Shown: one piece after another, positions 1 through 17,723 of the stretch | How the letters are laid out: every line of letters starts with the position of its first letter | Position numbering within the stretch: position 1 is the first letter of the stretch | DNA from: Salpingoeca rosetta | Taxonomy: Eukaryota; Protista; Choanoflagellata | Assembly (NCBI GenBank): GCA_033442325.1 | Contig: JAWQFM010000019.1 | Span: 1,098,338-1,116,060 of the forward strand | Length of the DNA stretch: 17,723 bases | Reading direction: 5' to 3' | The notes under the pieces: generated by a model | Told to the model about the DNA's origin: nothing | The model's input: only the letters and a program-made list of their open reading frames with translations | Databases searched by the model: none | Program-made: the position numbers and the translations under genes

Positions 1-38
1 AACCACAAACACACACACACACACACGTTCACGCGCAC

Positions 39-276
39 CTTGATATCGCGTGTTTGGAAGTCGGGGACGTATGAGACGGCCTGGTCCTCGTGGGAAACAG
101 CGCGGGACCGCTTGTATCGCCAGTCGCCTGGTTGGGAGGTCGGTTCACGGGCCAGGGGTCATTGATGATGAACAGTGGTGATGGTGAGGTGAGGGAAATT
201 GATGCTGAGACAGTAACAGGGAATGCAGTACTCGCGTGCGCGAGCAGTAATTTCAAGACACACGCACGCACACACA

Positions 277-324
<48 letters not shown>

Positions 325-411
325 AGGTACAGACCGAGGGCGCGGGAGAGGTTGAGGCCGCCGTCGATTCGGCCGTTGGGGGTGACGCGTGACCCGGCCC
401 GCGTGATGCGA
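39..411 (-). CDS. Protein phosphatase 2C (PPM family) gene fragment, two internal exons: 411..335 and 127..39
   Basis: Spliced translation RITRAGSRVTPNGRIDGGLNLSRAL-G-DWRYKRSRAVSHEDQAVSYVPDFQTRDIK matches the PP2C catalytic-domain signature RIxxAGGxV..GRVxGxLNLSRAxGDxxYK...QxV...PD. Canonical AG acceptors (412-413 and 128-129 on the minus strand) and GT donors (333-334 and 37-38); the phase-1 junction rebuilds the conserved GD. The gene continues off the left edge and its upstream exons are not in the window. Confidence 0.9.
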
Positions 412-452
412 CTGAAGGGAGCAGACACAGGCACATAGACATACGCACACAC

Positions 453-856
453 ACACACACACACAACACAAAACACAACACAACACACACGCACAAACAC
501 ACACATACACACGCGCGCACATGCCGCCCCTTCCTCCTTGCGTAGTGCTACAACAAGGCGATTGCGACGGTGCAGCGCCTGATGGCGATGTTCCCCCACA
601 AGGAGAGCGATTACGAGTACGAGCTTGCCATGGCATATGACCTCAAGGCAACGGTGCTGTTCAGCAAGCGCAAATATCGTGAGGCCGCAGACGCAGCCTA
701 CGCCGCAACTACGCTCGCACCAGGTTGGTCGATTGTATGTGTGCATCCGTGTGCGTATGCGCGCGTGTGCGTATGCGTGTGTGTGTGTGTGTGTGTCTGT
801 GTGTGTGTGTGTCTCTCTCTGTGTGTGTTTAAGCATCCTTCCTCACTCGCACATAC
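453..856 (+). repeat. ~400-bp duplicate of 4151-4554 (copy of the TPR exon at 546..723 plus flanking intron)
   Basis: Reads as identical to 4151-4554 at an offset of 3698 (compare ORFs 570 vs 4268 and 625 vs 4323). Begins in a (CA)n tract and ends at the N gap. Confidence 0.92.
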
Positions 857-1622
857 NNNNNNNNNNNNNNNNNNNNNNNNNNNNNNNNNNNNNNNNNNNN
901 NNNNNNNNNNNNNNNNNNNNNNNNNNNNNNNNNNNNNNNNNNNNNNNNNNNNNNNNNNNNNNNNNNNNNNNNNNNNNNNNNNNNNNNNNNNNNNNNNNNN
1001 NNNNNNNNNNNNNNNNNNNNNNNNNNNNNNNNNNNNNNNNNNNNNNNNNNNNNNNNNNNNNNNNNNNNNNNNNNNNNNNNNNNNNNNNNNNNNNNNNNNN
1101 NNNNNNNNNNNNNNNNNNNNNNNNNNNNNNNNNNNNNNNNNNNNNNNNNNNNNNNNNNNNNNNNNNNNNNNNNNNNNNNNNNNNNNNNNNNNNNNNNNNN
1201 NNNNNNNNNNNNNNNNNNNNNNNNNNNNNNNNNNNNNNNNNNNNNNNNNNNNNNNNNNNNNNNNNNNNNNNNNNNNNNNNNNNNNNNNNNNNNNNNNNNN
1301 NNNNNNNNNNNNNNNNNNNNNNNNNNNNNNNNNNNNNNNNNNNNNNNNNNNNNNNNNNNNNNNNNNNNNNNNNNNNNNNNNNNNNNNNNNNNNNNNNNNN
1401 NNNNNNNNNNNNNNNNNNNNNNNNNNNNNNNNNNNNNNNNNNNNNNNNNNNNNNNNNNNNNNNNNNNNNNNNNNNNNNNNNNNNNNNNNNNNNNNNNNNN
1501 NNNNNNNNNNNNNNNNNNNNNNNNNNNNNNNNNNNNNNNNNNNNNNNNNNNNNNNNNNNNNNNNNNNNNNNNNNNNNNNNNNNNNNNNNNNNNNNNNNNN
1601 NNNNNNNNNNNNNNNNNNNNNN
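857..1622. other. Assembly gap (N run)
   Basis: Run of n characters, followed by a (GT)n tract at 1623-1704. Confidence 0.99.
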
Positions 1623-1706
<84 letters not shown>

Positions 1707-1973
1707 AATTGGTTACGTTTGTGTTTGTTGTTCTATGGCGAACCCCACTATGCCTCAGTGGATGTACGAGCACGGCCCACGACATACGCGGTGTGATTTT
1801 GCCCCACACATATCCAACAGCATCTCCACGCCCAAGCTCACAACAACCACCACACCAACAACAACAACCACCACACCAACAACCCCAGCACGAAACCGCG
1901 CGAGAATGTGGTGACCGGGCGGCCGCGTGGTGCGAGCGTGGACGCAACAGCAGCGCGCCCACGTCGCAGCTCC

Positions 1974-8481
<6,508 letters not shown>

Positions 8482-8815
8482 TCCACGACAACCCCAACTC
8501 ATGTCTCACATCACACTCATGTCACATCATGTGTCACCACCTGCTGCTGGCCTTGTTGATCCGACACCATAAAATGAGAATCACACAATCGCTGCAACCG
8601 ACAACAGCAGCAGCACAACGCGCACACAAACACACCTCTCCCCACACCATCACCACGCTCCTCACCCCACCCAAGCACAACTTGCAGCTCACACATCACA
8701 ACAACATCACCGGCAACACCGAACGCCAACAACTAACACGCCCACAGATCGGCCCTTTCTTTGCTTTGTCAAGCCAAGAGAGCGGTGCTGTTGTGCCTTG
8801 GGTTGCGGCAGAGCC

Positions 8816-17499
<8,684 letters not shown>

Positions 17500-17723
17500 A
17501 AATTCTTCTAACATTGGTTGGAATAGACCACCCCCCCCCACACAAATTTTTCTTCTGCCGGAGATTTTGTTTCCCCTCGTCCTCCCACTCCAGGGGTAAC
17601 GCCGTCCCTTTCAGCGTCGGCAGAAAAATTGATTTCAAAGGAGGCAACCCCAAGGTTTCCGTCCTACAGAAAAGGTGAGAAATTACCAAACTATGGCTTA
17701 GCAGCCATGGTTTATTTGTTTCC

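Noticed and set aside
453-856. Duplicate segment as an LTR or transposon end
   Set aside because: It contains a host exon, lacks TG..CA termini, terminal inverted repeats and target-site duplication, and no transposase or reverse transcriptase lies between the copies.
1759-1820. Possible micro-exon 1759-1790 plus a 30-nt intron extending gene 2 upstream
   Set aside because: The frame is compatible, but the intron would be far shorter than the others here (about 150-380 nt). It cannot be supported without transcripts.

Overview
Eukaryotic, intron-dense genomic DNA with (CA)n/(GT)n microsatellites in most introns. Style and gene content suggest a choanoflagellate such as Salpingoeca rosetta (inference, not verified). 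The supplied ORF track is mostly repeat noise, so I rebuilt gene models by hand from GT..AG splice sites with reading phase checked at each junction. (1) Two minus-strand exons of a PP2C/PPM protein phosphatase lie at the left edge. They are joined through a (CA)n tract to an apparently identical copy of 4151-4554 and then an N gap, which is probably a misassembly. (2) A 16-exon plus-strand gene (~1974-8481, ~799 aa from the first in-frame ATG) encodes an unusual architecture: degenerate SH2 + three TPR motifs + MSS51/ZMYND15-like C-terminal domain, with no MYND finger. (3) A plus-strand ZER1/ZYG11-family CRL2 substrate receptor (8816->17419, at least 19 exons, 3' end missing) has a BC-box, LRRs and ARM repeats with the Gly/N-degron pocket motifs. 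It also carries a ~750-aa acidic/Gln-rich insert, encoded by one 2.2-kb exon, that appears to split the VHL box. Domain calls come from motif recognition by eye and need HMM or structure confirmation.
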